From a virus, in IMG/VR virus record IMGVR_UViG_3300043179_000079, positions 1,138-65,137 of that record: a DNA stretch of 64,000 bases; one strand, 5' to 3'. A program made the translations under genes and the position numbers. Shown here one piece after another: positions 33,842 to 42,976 of this stretch (the stretch's first letter is position 1; every line of letters starts with the position of its first letter). A model generated the notes under the pieces. It made no database searches and was not told where the DNA came from. It was given only the letters and a program-made list of their open reading frames with translations.

Positions 33842-34909
33842 TTAGGGGGCCCCCTTCGAGCGGTACATCGGGACGGACCCGTCGAACAGGTGCTGGCGCC
33901 CCTCGGCCGCCGCGTCCAGGAAGGCCGCCCGGCGGTTGAAGTTCTGGGAGACGTGGTCGCGCAGGCCGGGGTGCCGGATCAGGTCCAGCCTCCTGTCCAT
34001 GGCCGCCTTGACCGCGGGGGACGCGCCACGCCACCACGCCAGGGCAGGGCCGTACGCCGCAGCGCCAGCCTCCTCGCGCACCCGGACGTCGTCCATGCCC
34101 CAGTCAGCAGTGGGGCGCGGGATGGCGGGTACGAGGTTCTCCCAGGCCTGGTCCCGGTGGTAGGACAGCACCCCGTCGTCGCGGTTCATCCTCGCGACGT
34201 GGCGCGGGTGCCACTTGGGCGCCGCGTACTGGAAGGCCAGGGCGTGGTCGATGGCGAGGGGGCGCTGCTCGGGGTCGGGCCCCAGGAGTAGGTTGTCCCC
34301 GTGCCGGTTCGGCATCCCGGTCAGGAAGTCCATCAGGACCATCTTCCTGACGTGGTCGCCCATGGAGGACGGCCCGTCCCCCCTCGGGGAGACGCCCGTC
34401 TGCATGTCGCCCACGGAGGTGTGGCCGGGCGCCATGTGGACCACCACCAGGGGGTGCCGTCCGAACCCGTCGTCGTGGTGCACCACGTGGACGCGCTGGT
34501 GGAGGTCGCCGATGCCCCCGGCGTGGTACAGCGCCTGGCTGGTCATCTCGGACCAGCCCCCGATGGGGTGCCTCCCGTACCCCCGATGCAGGTCGCGCGG
34601 GATCCTCTCGAAGTAGGGCTTCACCAGGAAGCGGTCCCTGGCCCCGGCCTGCGCGGTCGAGGCGACCTCGAACACGGCCTTGTGGGAGCGGACCATGCCC
34701 ATGCCGCCCTGCCGGTGCTGGGGGGCGCCGCGGACGCTCCGGACCGGCCCCGGCCAGGACTGGACGCGCGAGAAGGCCTCCACGAGGTGGCCGTGGGCCG
34801 GCGGGTGGAGCCCCCGCTCCCGCTCGTGGTCCACCAGGGACGGGCCCTCCTTGGCCTGGGCCTCCATGACCCGGCCGACGCCCTCCAGGCGCTTGGCGAG
34901 GCTAGCCAC
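33842..34909 (-). CDS. HipA/PI3-4K-like kinase, probable pseudokinase
   Basis: LVKPY, GWSEMT.QALYHA.GIG.LHQ as in kinase 2; catalytic DRH is NRH (34301-34309). Confidence 0.75.
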   Translation of the reverse strand: MASLAKRLEGVGRVMEAQAKEGPSLVDHERERGLHPPAHGHLVEAFSRVQSWPGPVRSVRGAPQHRQGGMGMVRSHKAVFEVASTAQAGARDRFLVKPYFERIPRDLHRGYGRHPIGGWSEMTSQALYHAGGIGDLHQRVHVVHHDDGFGRHPLVVVHMAPGHTSVGDMQTGVSPRGDGPSSMGDHVRKMVLMDFLTGMPNRHGDNLLLGPDPEQRPLAIDHALAFQYAAPKWHPRHVARMNRDDGVLSYHRDQAWENLVPAIPRPTADWGMDDVRVREEAGAAAYGPALAWWRGASPAVKAAMDRRLDLIRHPGLRDHVSQNFNRRAAFLDAAAEGRQHLFDGSVPMYRSKGAP

Positions 34910-37496
34910 GGCGCCTCATGGGGTGCCTCGGGCCGACCGACGCCTCCTCCGAGGCCCGGGAGGAGTCGGGGGAGTGCTGGGCGGCCTCGCGGACGAGCCG
35001 CACGTGCTCCGGGCCGGCCTCCACGTGCCGCATCAGGGCCCCGACCTGGTGGGTGGGGTGGCGGCCGTCGCGGGTCAGGCGCGCGGCGGCGAGCAGGCGC
35101 AGCGTGTACGGGCTCCGGATGCGCGCCACGGCGGCCTGCGACACGGCCGGGTTGTCGTCCAGCGCGGCCCGCAGCAGGTCTCCCTCGCTCGGGTTGGGTG
35201 AGGCCAGCACCGCCAGCGCCCGCTCGTCGGGGTCGTGGTGGTCGAGGAGGGGGTCGGATTTCTGAAGACTTTTTCCTCCTCCTCTAGCAAATCTTTCCAC
35301 CTGTTCCTCCTCTTCTTCATCCGACAAACGAGGTATATTGTCACGATATCTGCGTTGTTCATGCCATGCGTGACCGATCTCATGTAGAATAGAGACCTCG
35401 ATCTCCCTTCTCATCTCTGGTTCGGTCACGTATCTGGCGTGTTCGGCAAGGGAAGGGGTGTGGAGGACGATATGAGGAGCGGCGTGCGTAAACCTGACGA
35501 AGGTGCTTACCGCGTTGTGGTTTTTTTCTGGCAGTTTGGTTGCGTAATGGATTGTGGGCTCGATCATCCCCAGCTTACGAAAGGTGTTTTTGTGGTCCTT
35601 TAGGACACGTTGCACCATGTCCACCATAGAAGGAGGCGGAGACGGGTCCTTTTGGTAGCCACGCATGACGGGGCGTCTTGCCATCTGGAGCCAGTGTTCT
35701 GGGTCGTATGTAGATTTCTCCAGGCACTCCTGCGACGCGAGGAGGTCGTCCTCGCTCTTCCCCACGGGGGCGGCGCCGACGTCCGCGGGCAGGAGCTGGT
35801 CGGCGTACGCCCGCACGTGGTGGTACGCGCGCTTCATGGCGTCATCGACCAGGCGGGCCCCCTGCTCGTCCCGCTCGTTGGCGGAGTGGTACCTCCGCCT
35901 GGTCTGCGGGTCGTTCACGTAGTTGTGCAGCAGCGCGACGCACTCCTCGTTGAAGGACCGGCCGTCGGGCTGGTAGCCGCGGTGCTCGGCGAACCTCTCG
36001 ACGTGGGACCTGAGGGCCTGAGGCAGAGAGCCGACGAGGCGCTCCGCCAGCCGCCAGCGCGCGGGCAGGCCGTGCCGGACCTCGACCTCCCGCATGGCGA
36101 GGTGGAAGTCCTCGTGCAGGGCCGTCGCCGCGGCCGAGTTGTGGTGCTGCGCGTCGTACGGCCTGGCCTCCCCGGCGAGCGCGAAGGCCGCCCTGGACCC
36201 CGGGACGCTGCTGGCGGTCCCCATGAGGCCCGGCCTGCTGCCGCTCTGGACGTCCACGGCGTCGCTGGCGCTCCTGGCCCGGACCGCGGACGCCCGGTCG
36301 GCGTTGTAGGCGTCCAGGTGGCGGGCGTGCGCCGCCCCTATCAGCCTCATCCGCAGACCGGCCTCCTGGGTGGTGGTCACGAAGGGCGTCTCCCGGCGCG
36401 GCTCGATGCCCAGGCCCTTGAACGCGATCTGGGGCTGGAACTTCTCCAGCGGGACCGACTTGAGGGTGTAGGAGTAGGGCGGATACACGGACCCCTGCTT
36501 CTCGCTGGGCGAGTAGGCTAGACCGTGCTTCCGCGCCAGGGCCTCGTGCACCCTCCTGGCCCCCTCGGTGTGGGTGCCGCCGGTCACCGAGTCCACTCCG
36601 AGCACGTGCTTGGCGTGGACGAGGGCGGCCTCGTACATGGCAGTCCCCAAACCCTTGCCTCGGAACGCCCTGGCGAGAGATGAGTGGATCTCGATCCCGG
36701 GCCGCCTTCCGGGACGCGGCTTCCACACCTCCAGCCTCCCCACCATGTCGCCGCGGTGGCGCAGGCGCACCTCGAAGATGCCGTGGTCGGGGTTGTCGAA
36801 CAGCTCCATGTCGGTATCGCCGCCACGGTGGGTCTCGGGGAGGAGGTGCCCGTAGTCGTAATACCAACTGCCGGCGCCCTTCTGCCTGCCCGTGGGCAGG
36901 TCCGCTATCGCCTTTCCGAGGGGCTGCGTCGATGACGCCCGGCGCACGTACTGGCGCACCACGTTATCCGGCCCCTCGGGGCCGTGCAGGTAGTCCCACA
37001 CCTCGGGGTCGAGCCCCTGGTGGACCGGGTGGAAGGTCCACTCGGCGGCCTCCCGGTCGGGGTCGAGCAGGCCGTGGGCCTGCCCCGAGACCAGGGCGGT
37101 GAACACGTGCAGCGTCTTGCCGTCCGGGGTCGTGCTCGTGCCCGCGGGCGTGACCGACATCGGGCGCAGGCCGGTCTCCTCGAACAGCTCGCGGCGCGCG
37201 GCCTCCTCGGGCAGCTCGCCCTCGTCCGCGTGCCCGCCCGGCAGGGACCAGCGGCCGTTGTCGTGCCGCCTCCCCAGCAGCAGGCGCCCGTGGGCGTCGT
37301 ACGCCATCACGAGGGCCACCTCCCGCGGCCCCTCGGACTTCTTGACGTCTCGGAATCCGGAGAAGTCGTCCCTGGCGACGAACCCGGCCTTCACCTCGTC
37401 GGCGTGGTCGTCGCAAGCCGGGACGTACGCCATGCCCTCGGCGTGGAGCACCTTCTTGGTGGCGTCCCTCTTGCACCTATCGCAGCGCTCGGCCAC
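34902..37496 (-). CDS. multi-effector polyprotein: Zn-finger, NUDIX, GNAT, zincin, zincin, helical repeat
   Basis: Nudix box GHADEGELPEEAARRELFEETGL; GNAT AFRGKGLGTAMY; LHEDFH and LHEIGH; linkers VKKS, LGKA, LEKF, VGKS, LEKS, LQKS. Confidence 0.85.
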   Translation of the reverse strand: MAERCDRCKRDATKKVLHAEGMAYVPACDDHADEVKAGFVARDDFSGFRDVKKSEGPREVALVMAYDAHGRLLLGRRHDNGRWSLPGGHADEGELPEEAARRELFEETGLRPMSVTPAGTSTTPDGKTLHVFTALVSGQAHGLLDPDREAAEWTFHPVHQGLDPEVWDYLHGPEGPDNVVRQYVRRASSTQPLGKAIADLPTGRQKGAGSWYYDYGHLLPETHRGGDTDMELFDNPDHGIFEVRLRHRGDMVGRLEVWKPRPGRRPGIEIHSSLARAFRGKGLGTAMYEAALVHAKHVLGVDSVTGGTHTEGARRVHEALARKHGLAYSPSEKQGSVYPPYSYTLKSVPLEKFQPQIAFKGLGIEPRRETPFVTTTQEAGLRMRLIGAAHARHLDAYNADRASAVRARSASDAVDVQSGSRPGLMGTASSVPGSRAAFALAGEARPYDAQHHNSAAATALHEDFHLAMREVEVRHGLPARWRLAERLVGSLPQALRSHVERFAEHRGYQPDGRSFNEECVALLHNYVNDPQTRRRYHSANERDEQGARLVDDAMKRAYHHVRAYADQLLPADVGAAPVGKSEDDLLASQECLEKSTYDPEHWLQMARRPVMRGYQKDPSPPPSMVDMVQRVLKDHKNTFRKLGMIEPTIHYATKLPEKNHNAVSTFVRFTHAAPHIVLHTPSLAEHARYVTEPEMRREIEVSILHEIGHAWHEQRRYRDNIPRLSDEEEEEQVERFARGGGKSLQKSDPLLDHHDPDERALAVLASPNPSEGDLLRAALDDNPAVSQAAVARIRSPYTLRLLAAARLTRDGRHPTHQVGALMRHVEAGPEHVRLVREAAQHSPDSSRASEEASVGPRHPMRRRG

Positions 37497-37508
37497 ACGT
37501 CGCTCCCG

Positions 37509-38354
37509 CTACACGTTCCCGGCGAAGAGCTTCTGCCCCACCACAGCCTTGATCTTTCCGACCAGCGCGTCCCTCTTCTTCTCCAGGTCGGTGATTCGCT
37601 GCAGGTACACCTGGGGACCCGGGCCCGAGAACGACTCCGACAGCCCGTCGATCCCGATGCTGTGGCCGGTGGTCTGGGCGTAGGTGGCCGCCAGCATGGA
37701 GAGTATGTCGATCGCCGCGATGGTCCCGATCAGGTCGTTGACGACCTTGGGCACCATGCCGTCCGGGAAGCCCGCCATGACCTCGAAGTGCCACCAGCTC
37801 CCGATCCAGTGGCTGGCCCCGAACGCCTGCAGCATGGCCAGTCCGGCCCCCGAGGCGGCCGGGACGACCGCTCCGGACCCGGTGGACCCGATCACGTACG
37901 GCATCAGGTTGATCTGGCCCTTGTAGAGCTGGCCGACGTCGATCCACTCCTTGGGGACCGTGAACACATCCTCCCCGTTTGAAAGTTGGATGGTCAGGCT
38001 CTTGATGGCCCAGATGGGCCGCACCGCCAGGCGGAAGAACCCGTTGGACCTCCACTCCGACTGGTCGAAGGGCTCCTTGGTGTCGTACTGGGTCGGCATG
38101 ATGGTGGCGTGCGTCAACTGCTCCGCCATCGTCACCGCCCGCTCGATGTACTCCTTGAGCAGCTCGTTGGTCATCCTCTCCCGCTTGCCCGTCTCCGGGT
38201 CCGGGACCTGGGAGACCAGGGAGAGGCCGAACAGGTGCAGCGCCCGCAGGTCGTCCGGCTCAAGCAGGGGCTCGGTCCTCAGCCAGGGGCTCTCCTTCCC
38301 CTTGGGGGGCCACGTAGCCGTGGCCAGGAGCTTGGCGGCCTCCAGGTCCGCCAC
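37509..38354 (-). CDS. putative head-tail adaptor/neck protein
   Basis: Position after capsid; S..IDGLS.S.S...Y..RI..L pattern. Confidence 0.7.
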   Translation of the reverse strand: MADLEAAKLLATATWPPKGKESPWLRTEPLLEPDDLRALHLFGLSLVSQVPDPETGKRERMTNELLKEYIERAVTMAEQLTHATIMPTQYDTKEPFDQSEWRSNGFFRLAVRPIWAIKSLTIQLSNGEDVFTVPKEWIDVGQLYKGQINLMPYVIGSTGSGAVVPAASGAGLAMLQAFGASHWIGSWWHFEVMAGFPDGMVPKVVNDLIGTIAAIDILSMLAATYAQTTGHSIGIDGLSESFSGPGPQVYLQRITDLEKKRDALVGKIKAVVGQKLFAGNV

Positions 38355-38355
38355 G

Positions 38356-38757
38356 CTACACCGCCGCCGTCGAGCGCACCTTCATGGCCGCCGGCAGCAC
38401 CGAGCGGAGGGTCCGCGAGGGCTCGACCAGCTTGAGGCGCAGCGTCACGGTCCCCCGGACGGAGTCGCTGGCGGCCACGGTGAACCTCCAGATCGAGGGG
38501 TCGGAGAAGGGCTGCGAGGCCGCCTTGGCGTAGGTCTTGGCGGTTTCCAGGGACTCCACCGTGACCTCCAGCGTCGTGCCCGCCGGGGGGCAGTACCGGC
38601 GCCCGACGGGGCCGTGCCCGCCCTGGGGGTCGGCCGACGCGTCCACGAGCTGCAGGTGCACCGTCTGGGGGTCCCCCTCGTAGGCCTGCACCGAGTCCAC
38701 GTAGCGGTAGCCGTTGACGTCCGCCACGTCGGCGAGGAACCTTGCGGCCAGCAGCAT
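38356..38757 (-). CDS. putative virion structural protein
   Basis: GGAGG SD; late box upstream. Confidence 0.7.
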   Translation of the reverse strand: MLLAARFLADVADVNGYRYVDSVQAYEGDPQTVHLQLVDASADPQGGHGPVGRRYCPPAGTTLEVTVESLETAKTYAKAASQPFSDPSIWRFTVAASDSVRGTVTLRLKLVEPSRTLRSVLPAAMKVRSTAAV

Positions 38758-38780
38758 GCTTCGTCGAGCCTCCGACGCCT

Positions 38781-38787
38781 AAGATTG
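38781..38787 (-). promoter_or_regulatory. candidate late-promoter box CAATCTT
   Basis: Upstream of SD of 38757. Confidence 0.55.
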
Positions 38788-38794
38788 CCCCGCC

Positions 38795-39157
38795 CTAGGC
38801 CTTGCCGGGCCAGCGCACGAGCATCTCGGGGGGCGTCACGGCGTCCGCCTCGACGAAGCCGCGCCGCACCAGGTAGGAGGCCAACGACACCGCCGCCTCC
38901 GCCAGCCCCGGGGCCATCTCCGCGTCTCCGGGCATGTGCCGCGTCAGGTACTCGCCCGGGACAGTCGTCAGGCAGGCCATGGCCTCGTGCAGGTGCTCGG
39001 CGCGGGCGTACGCCCAGGCCAGCCTCACCACCGCGGCGTGGTACTGGCGGGGGGTCATCATGCCCTCCCGCACCATCCTGACCACCTCGGCCAGGGACTC
39101 GTCCACCTGCTCCTTGGACAGGAAGCCTACCCCGGCGACCGCCTGCGGCGCTCCCAC
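38795..39157 (-). CDS. hypothetical protein (start uncertain)
   Basis: Codon bias from about FLSKEQVDE onward. Confidence 0.6.
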   Translation of the reverse strand: MGAPQAVAGVGFLSKEQVDESLAEVVRMVREGMMTPRQYHAAVVRLAWAYARAEHLHEAMACLTTVPGEYLTRHMPGDAEMAPGLAEAAVSLASYLVRRGFVEADAVTPPEMLVRWPGKA

Positions 39158-39330
39158 GCCTCCTCGGCCTCCAGGTCCCGCTCCGCCTCCCCGGCGCCGA
39201 GCGCCTCGCCCACGGCCCGGTCGAAGTGCTCCTGGGGCTCCCCCCGGCTCACCCTCCTGGCCACCTCCTCCAGCAGCCCCCTCACCTCCTGCGGCTTGGC
39301 CCTCTCCAGGAGGCGGCACAGTGCGCACAT
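39127..39330 (-). CDS. small hypothetical protein
   Basis: MCALCRLLE...; GC3 bias. Confidence 0.6.
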   Translation of the reverse strand: MCALCRLLERAKPQEVRGLLEEVARRVSRGEPQEHFDRAVGEALGAGEAERDLEAEEAWERRRRSPG

Positions 39331-39346
39331 TAGACCCCATCATCCC

Positions 39347-39673
39347 CTAAGATTCCGACGACTCGTCGTCGAGGAATATCTCCCGCACCGGCTTCCCTAG
39401 GGCCTCGGCGGCCTGTAGCTCCTGGTCCATGCCCTGGCTGAGGCCCCGGTCCCGGAACGCCCACACCTCGTCGCACGCCTCCAGGAACTTGAAGCCGGCC
39501 GCCATGCCCAGGGCCCGAGACGCCGGCCACGCGTCGTCCAGCACGGTCGGGTAGATCAGGTGGGGGGCGAACGGGGCGTGCCCCTTCTCCAGCACGTAGC
39601 TGCACGCCCTGCGGGCGTAGGCCAGGTTGGCCTCTACGTCCCCCCGGTAAGGCGAACAGACGAAGACCCGCAC
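39347..39673 (-). CDS. DUF4406/nucleoside 2-deoxyribosyltransferase-like protein
   Basis: VFVCSPYRGD...N...AR..C...G.AP.APHL.YP...G...L..CDE.W.F. Confidence 0.8.
   Translation of the reverse strand: MRVFVCSPYRGDVEANLAYARRACSYVLEKGHAPFAPHLIYPTVLDDAWPASRALGMAAGFKFLEACDEVWAFRDRGLSQGMDQELQAAEALGKPVREIFLDDESSES
39349..39355 (-). promoter_or_regulatory. possible late-promoter box GAATCTT
   Basis: Upstream of ATG 39330. Confidence 0.4.
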
Positions 39674-39676
39674 GGC

Positions 39677-39976
39677 CTAGTTCCCCATCCGGCGGACGGC
39701 CTCGTCCCCGCGGTCCTCTTCGGGAAACGGAGGGTCGGCGTCGGCCTGGATCTTGGCGATCGGGTACTGCTTCTGGACCACCCCGACCAGGTCCTCCGCG
39801 GACACGCCGCAGGCGGCGGCGGTGCGGGTGGCGGCCAGGATGAGGGCGGCCACGGCCGCCTTGGGCCGCCCCTTCGTGATCAGCAGGGCGCTGATGCCCA
39901 CCTCGGTGGCCAGGTGGTCCACCTCCGCGATGATCGCGTCCTCTTCCGCTTCCGCCCTCTTGTGGCTTGGGTCCAT
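39677..39976 (-). CDS. hypothetical protein
   Basis: Leaderless sigma70 promoter upstream. Confidence 0.7.
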   Translation of the reverse strand: MDPSHKRAEAEEDAIIAEVDHLATEVGISALLITKGRPKAAVAALILAATRTAAACGVSAEDLVGVVQKQYPIAKIQADADPPFPEEDRGDEAVRRMGN

Positions 39977-39982
39977 GCGTTA

Positions 39983-40012
39983 AATGTAGCACGACCCACG
40001 ACCCGGAGTCAA
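39983..40012 (-). promoter_or_regulatory. sigma70-type promoter, leaderless
   Basis: TTGACT-N18-TACATT, 6 nt before ATG 39976. Confidence 0.7.
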
Positions 40013-40027
40013 GGAGGTCGCTCGGAT

Positions 40028-40064
40028 AAGAAAAAGGCCAGGTGGGCGAGAGCCCCCCGGCCTT
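40028..40064 (-). terminator. rho-independent terminator after major capsid gene
   Basis: AAGGCC-GG-GGGGC...GCCC-ACC-TGGCCTT stem plus TTTT run on minus strand. Confidence 0.7.
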
Positions 40065-40082
40065 AGTCTAGGAAAACCTCAG

Positions 40083-41489
40083 TTATGACGTGAGGTTATC
40101 GCAGATCACGTTCTTCCTGGGCTGCATGATGGCCAGCGTGGCGAACCGGAAGAAGGCCTCCGGGGACGCCAGCTCGGTCACCGCCAGCTTGAGGCGCGTG
40201 AAGGGCGCCAGCTCGCGCATCTCCATGGTGTTCCCCTGGACGAGGAACCCGGTGACGAACCCCGGGATCTTGTTGCCGAGGTCGTGGAAGACCGTGGTCG
40301 CCCCGGTCGAGGAGGCCACCCGGCCGATGTACTTGGCCGAGGCCTCGCTGCCGCCGGCCGCGCTGCGGTACACGTTGTGGTACCGGTGCGTGCCCGAGCC
40401 GTGCGTGATGGTGACGACGACCTCGTCGCCGTCCGCCACGATGGTCTCGGCCACCGCCGCCGACTTGCCCGACTCGCCCTTCTCGTTCGCCGAGGTGACG
40501 TAGTAGGTGTAGACCTCGTCCTTGAGGAACGGGGTCACGATGCCCGCGGTCGTGGTGCTGACCGCCGAGGTCAGCGTCGGGGTGCCCGGGCTGTTGCGGC
40601 GGATCGGGGCGGGGCCCGTCTTGCCGGAGAGGAAGCGGCTCTCCTCCAGCTTGACCGTGCCGCCCGAGACGAACTGGCGGCGGAGGTCCGCGCCGGTCGC
40701 GTCCTGGGGGGTGCCCGCCAGGATGATGCGCTCCTTGTCGAACGCGATCTTGTTGTAGGTCGCGTGGACGAGGGGGTCGATGAGGAGCAGGTCGGCCTTG
40801 CCGAAGTTCATGCGGCTGCGCACCGCGGCGTTCTCGATGATGGTCTGCGTCAGCGTTCCGCCGCCGCTCACGACCACCGAGGTGCCGCTGCCGTACTCGC
40901 CGAACATGAGGTCCTGCGCCTGACGCTGCGCGTCCGACTGCCGGACCTGGAGGTCCACGCCGTGCATGTTCGGGAGCTGCGGGACCGCCAGCGGGTTGCC
41001 GTCGAAGACGCCCCCGTTGGAGAAGTCCGCGAGCCCGCGGAACAGGTCGAACTCGATGTCGCCCGCGATCTTGAGGGCGGCCGAGGCGGCCTCCCGCTCG
41101 TCGCTCTTACGGCCGTCGCTCGTCTCGACCATGGTCGAGGCGATCGTCACCTTGCGGGTGTGGCTGTAGAAGCACATCGGGACGGTCACCCGGACGTAGT
41201 CCGAGATCTCCTCTTCGCCGACGTTGCCTTCGAGCTGGGCCGAGCCACCGAAGATGCCGTACGACAACTGGCGGTTGAACTGCCAGAGCGTAGACTTCGC
41301 GGGGCGCGAGTCCACCATCTTCTGCAGCACCATGTCCTTCTCCTCGAAGGTCACGTTCTGCATGACCGGCGACAGGTCCTCGACCTGCAGCGCGCTGCCC
41401 TGGGTCAGGTTGCCTGGGGCGGTCCCTGCGTAGGTACCGGCCTCCAGCGCCTTCACCAGGTCCTGGATGTTCTTGACGAGGTCGTTCAT
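40083..41489 (-). CDS. major capsid protein (Twort/SPO1-like HK97 fold)
   Basis: 468 aa; G.ALQVEDL...TF...PA.ST...F.R...G....EG; short propeptide ending LVK-A. Confidence 0.9.
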   Translation of the reverse strand: MNDLVKNIQDLVKALEAGTYAGTAPGNLTQGSALQVEDLSPVMQNVTFEEKDMVLQKMVDSRPAKSTLWQFNRQLSYGIFGGSAQLEGNVGEEEISDYVRVTVPMCFYSHTRKVTIASTMVETSDGRKSDEREAASAALKIAGDIEFDLFRGLADFSNGGVFDGNPLAVPQLPNMHGVDLQVRQSDAQRQAQDLMFGEYGSGTSVVVSGGGTLTQTIIENAAVRSRMNFGKADLLLIDPLVHATYNKIAFDKERIILAGTPQDATGADLRRQFVSGGTVKLEESRFLSGKTGPAPIRRNSPGTPTLTSAVSTTTAGIVTPFLKDEVYTYYVTSANEKGESGKSAAVAETIVADGDEVVVTITHGSGTHRYHNVYRSAAGGSEASAKYIGRVASSTGATTVFHDLGNKIPGFVTGFLVQGNTMEMRELAPFTRLKLAVTELASPEAFFRFATLAIMQPRKNVICDNLTS

Positions 41490-41526
41490 CTCTCTGCTCC
41501 TGTCTTTCTTTCTGGTGCTCTGCGCT

Positions 41527-42396
41527 CTACGCCCCCGCGAGGAGGTGCTTGATCTGGGTCAGGTCCGCCTGCTTGAAGCAGTACCGGTTGATGAGGTCGC
41601 GGTCCGACTTGGACAGCTTCGGGTTCTTTGCCGCGTCGCGCAGGCGACGGGTGACCTCCTCCGGGCTCATGTCCTTGGTGGCGTCGGCCTCCGCGGCCGA
41701 CGGGGCGACGTCCGAGAGGGACGTGACCGCCTTGCGGAGCGGGCGCGCGAGCGCCTGCTCGACCGCCTTCACCAGGTGGCCGATGGCCTGCTGGCTGGCG
41801 GCGAGGTCCGCCTGGAGGGCGACCACCTCGGGCGCGGGCGCCGCGGCCGCGGGGGCCGCCTCGCTCTTGCCCATGGCGGGGGCCTCGGGAGGGGGGGCCG
41901 ACTCGGCCGCCGGGGCCTCTGGGGCCGGGGGCGGCATCTTCTCCGCCAGGACGTGCTTGATCGCCTGGTAGTGCGTCAGCAGGTCCGGCATCGAGAGCTT
42001 GCCGTACTCCTCGGCCAGCGCCATCGGGTCAACCGGGTCTCCCGACCCGTCGCCCTCCGCCGCCGGGTCCTGGGAGGGCTCGCCCTCCCCCTCTGCGGGC
42101 GGGGGCGCGCTGCCCTCGGGCGAGCCCGAGGCTGACGCGCTGCCCTCGGCCGGCGGGGAACCCTCGGGGGAGGGCGAGCCCTCCGCGGGGGACCCAGAAG
42201 CCGACGCCGACCCCTCTGCCGGGGGGGCCGAGGCCTCCGGGGCGGGGGGAGCGGTCGCCGACGCGTCGGGCGAGACCTCGGGGGAGGTCGCCTCGCCCGG
42301 GTGGGCCTTGGCCAGAGGGCTCGACTTCAGGAGCGCCGACACCTCGGCGTGCACCTGGTCGAGCATCTCTGCGATCTTGTCCTTCTCGTCAGCCAT
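41527..42396 (-). CDS. scaffolding protein
   Basis: Directly upstream of capsid; acidic, Pro/Ala/Ser low complexity; six K-S/A motifs (LLKS, LAKA, MGKS, LVKA, LRKA, LSKS). Confidence 0.75.
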   Translation of the reverse strand: MADEKDKIAEMLDQVHAEVSALLKSSPLAKAHPGEATSPEVSPDASATAPPAPEASAPPAEGSASASGSPAEGSPSPEGSPPAEGSASASGSPEGSAPPPAEGEGEPSQDPAAEGDGSGDPVDPMALAEEYGKLSMPDLLTHYQAIKHVLAEKMPPPAPEAPAAESAPPPEAPAMGKSEAAPAAAAPAPEVVALQADLAASQQAIGHLVKAVEQALARPLRKAVTSLSDVAPSAAEADATKDMSPEEVTRRLRDAAKNPKLSKSDRDLINRYCFKQADLTQIKHLLAGA

Positions 42397-42411
42397 GTTG
42401 GCTCGCTCCGC

Positions 42412-42861
42412 TTACTGCGCGGCCAGCGGGTGGTAAATGTCGGCGTAGGTCGCCTTCAGGTTGGCGGCGTCGATCGTGGTCTCGTCGGGGCCGGTTCCGA
42501 AGGCCTCCTCGTACCACTCCGTCTGGCAGCCGCAGCTCAGGCACTCGCCCAGGATGTTGGTCAACTGCTGGCGGGACAGGTTGTCGGCGCCCGCCCCTGC
42601 CGAGGGGTTGGCCTCGGTGGCGAGCTGGACCTTGTGCGGGCCGAAGATCGTCGCCGCGTTGCCCAGCGAGTCCTTCGCCAGGGGCCAGTCCTTCGGGACG
42701 ATGCGGATCAGCGCGCTTGCCGAGGCGGAGGCGCCGGTCCCGATCGTGATGATCGGGTCGCCGTCGGTGCCGACGCCCTCGGTGATGGCGAGGGTCAGGC
42801 GCTTCGAGAGCCGGTCGAACAGCTCGCGAGCGATTGCGGAAGCCTTGTGCGTGGTTGCCAT
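42412..42861 (-). CDS. putative head structural/decoration protein
   Basis: AAGGAG SD; located between fibre genes and scaffold. Confidence 0.7.
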   Translation of the reverse strand: MATTHKASAIARELFDRLSKRLTLAITEGVGTDGDPIITIGTGASASASALIRIVPKDWPLAKDSLGNAATIFGPHKVQLATEANPSAGAGADNLSRQQLTNILGECLSCGCQTEWYEEAFGTGPDETTIDAANLKATYADIYHPLAAQ

Positions 42862-42930
42862 CCCTGGATCTCCTTGAATCTTCTCTTGGGTTCTTGGGGC
42901 TTCTCTGCAGGGGCCCCGTTGACAGCTTCA

Positions 42931-42937
42931 GAGATTG
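42931..42937 (-). promoter_or_regulatory. candidate late-promoter box CAATCTC
   Basis: Upstream of the 42861-scaffold-capsid operon. Confidence 0.5.
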
Positions 42938-42963
42938 CCTGCCGCGGCCTAACAAAAGCGCGG

Positions 42964-42970
42964 CAATCTA
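42964..42970 (+). promoter_or_regulatory. candidate late-promoter box CAATCTA
   Basis: 6 nt before GTG 42977. Confidence 0.55.
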
Positions 42971-42976
42971 CCGGGG

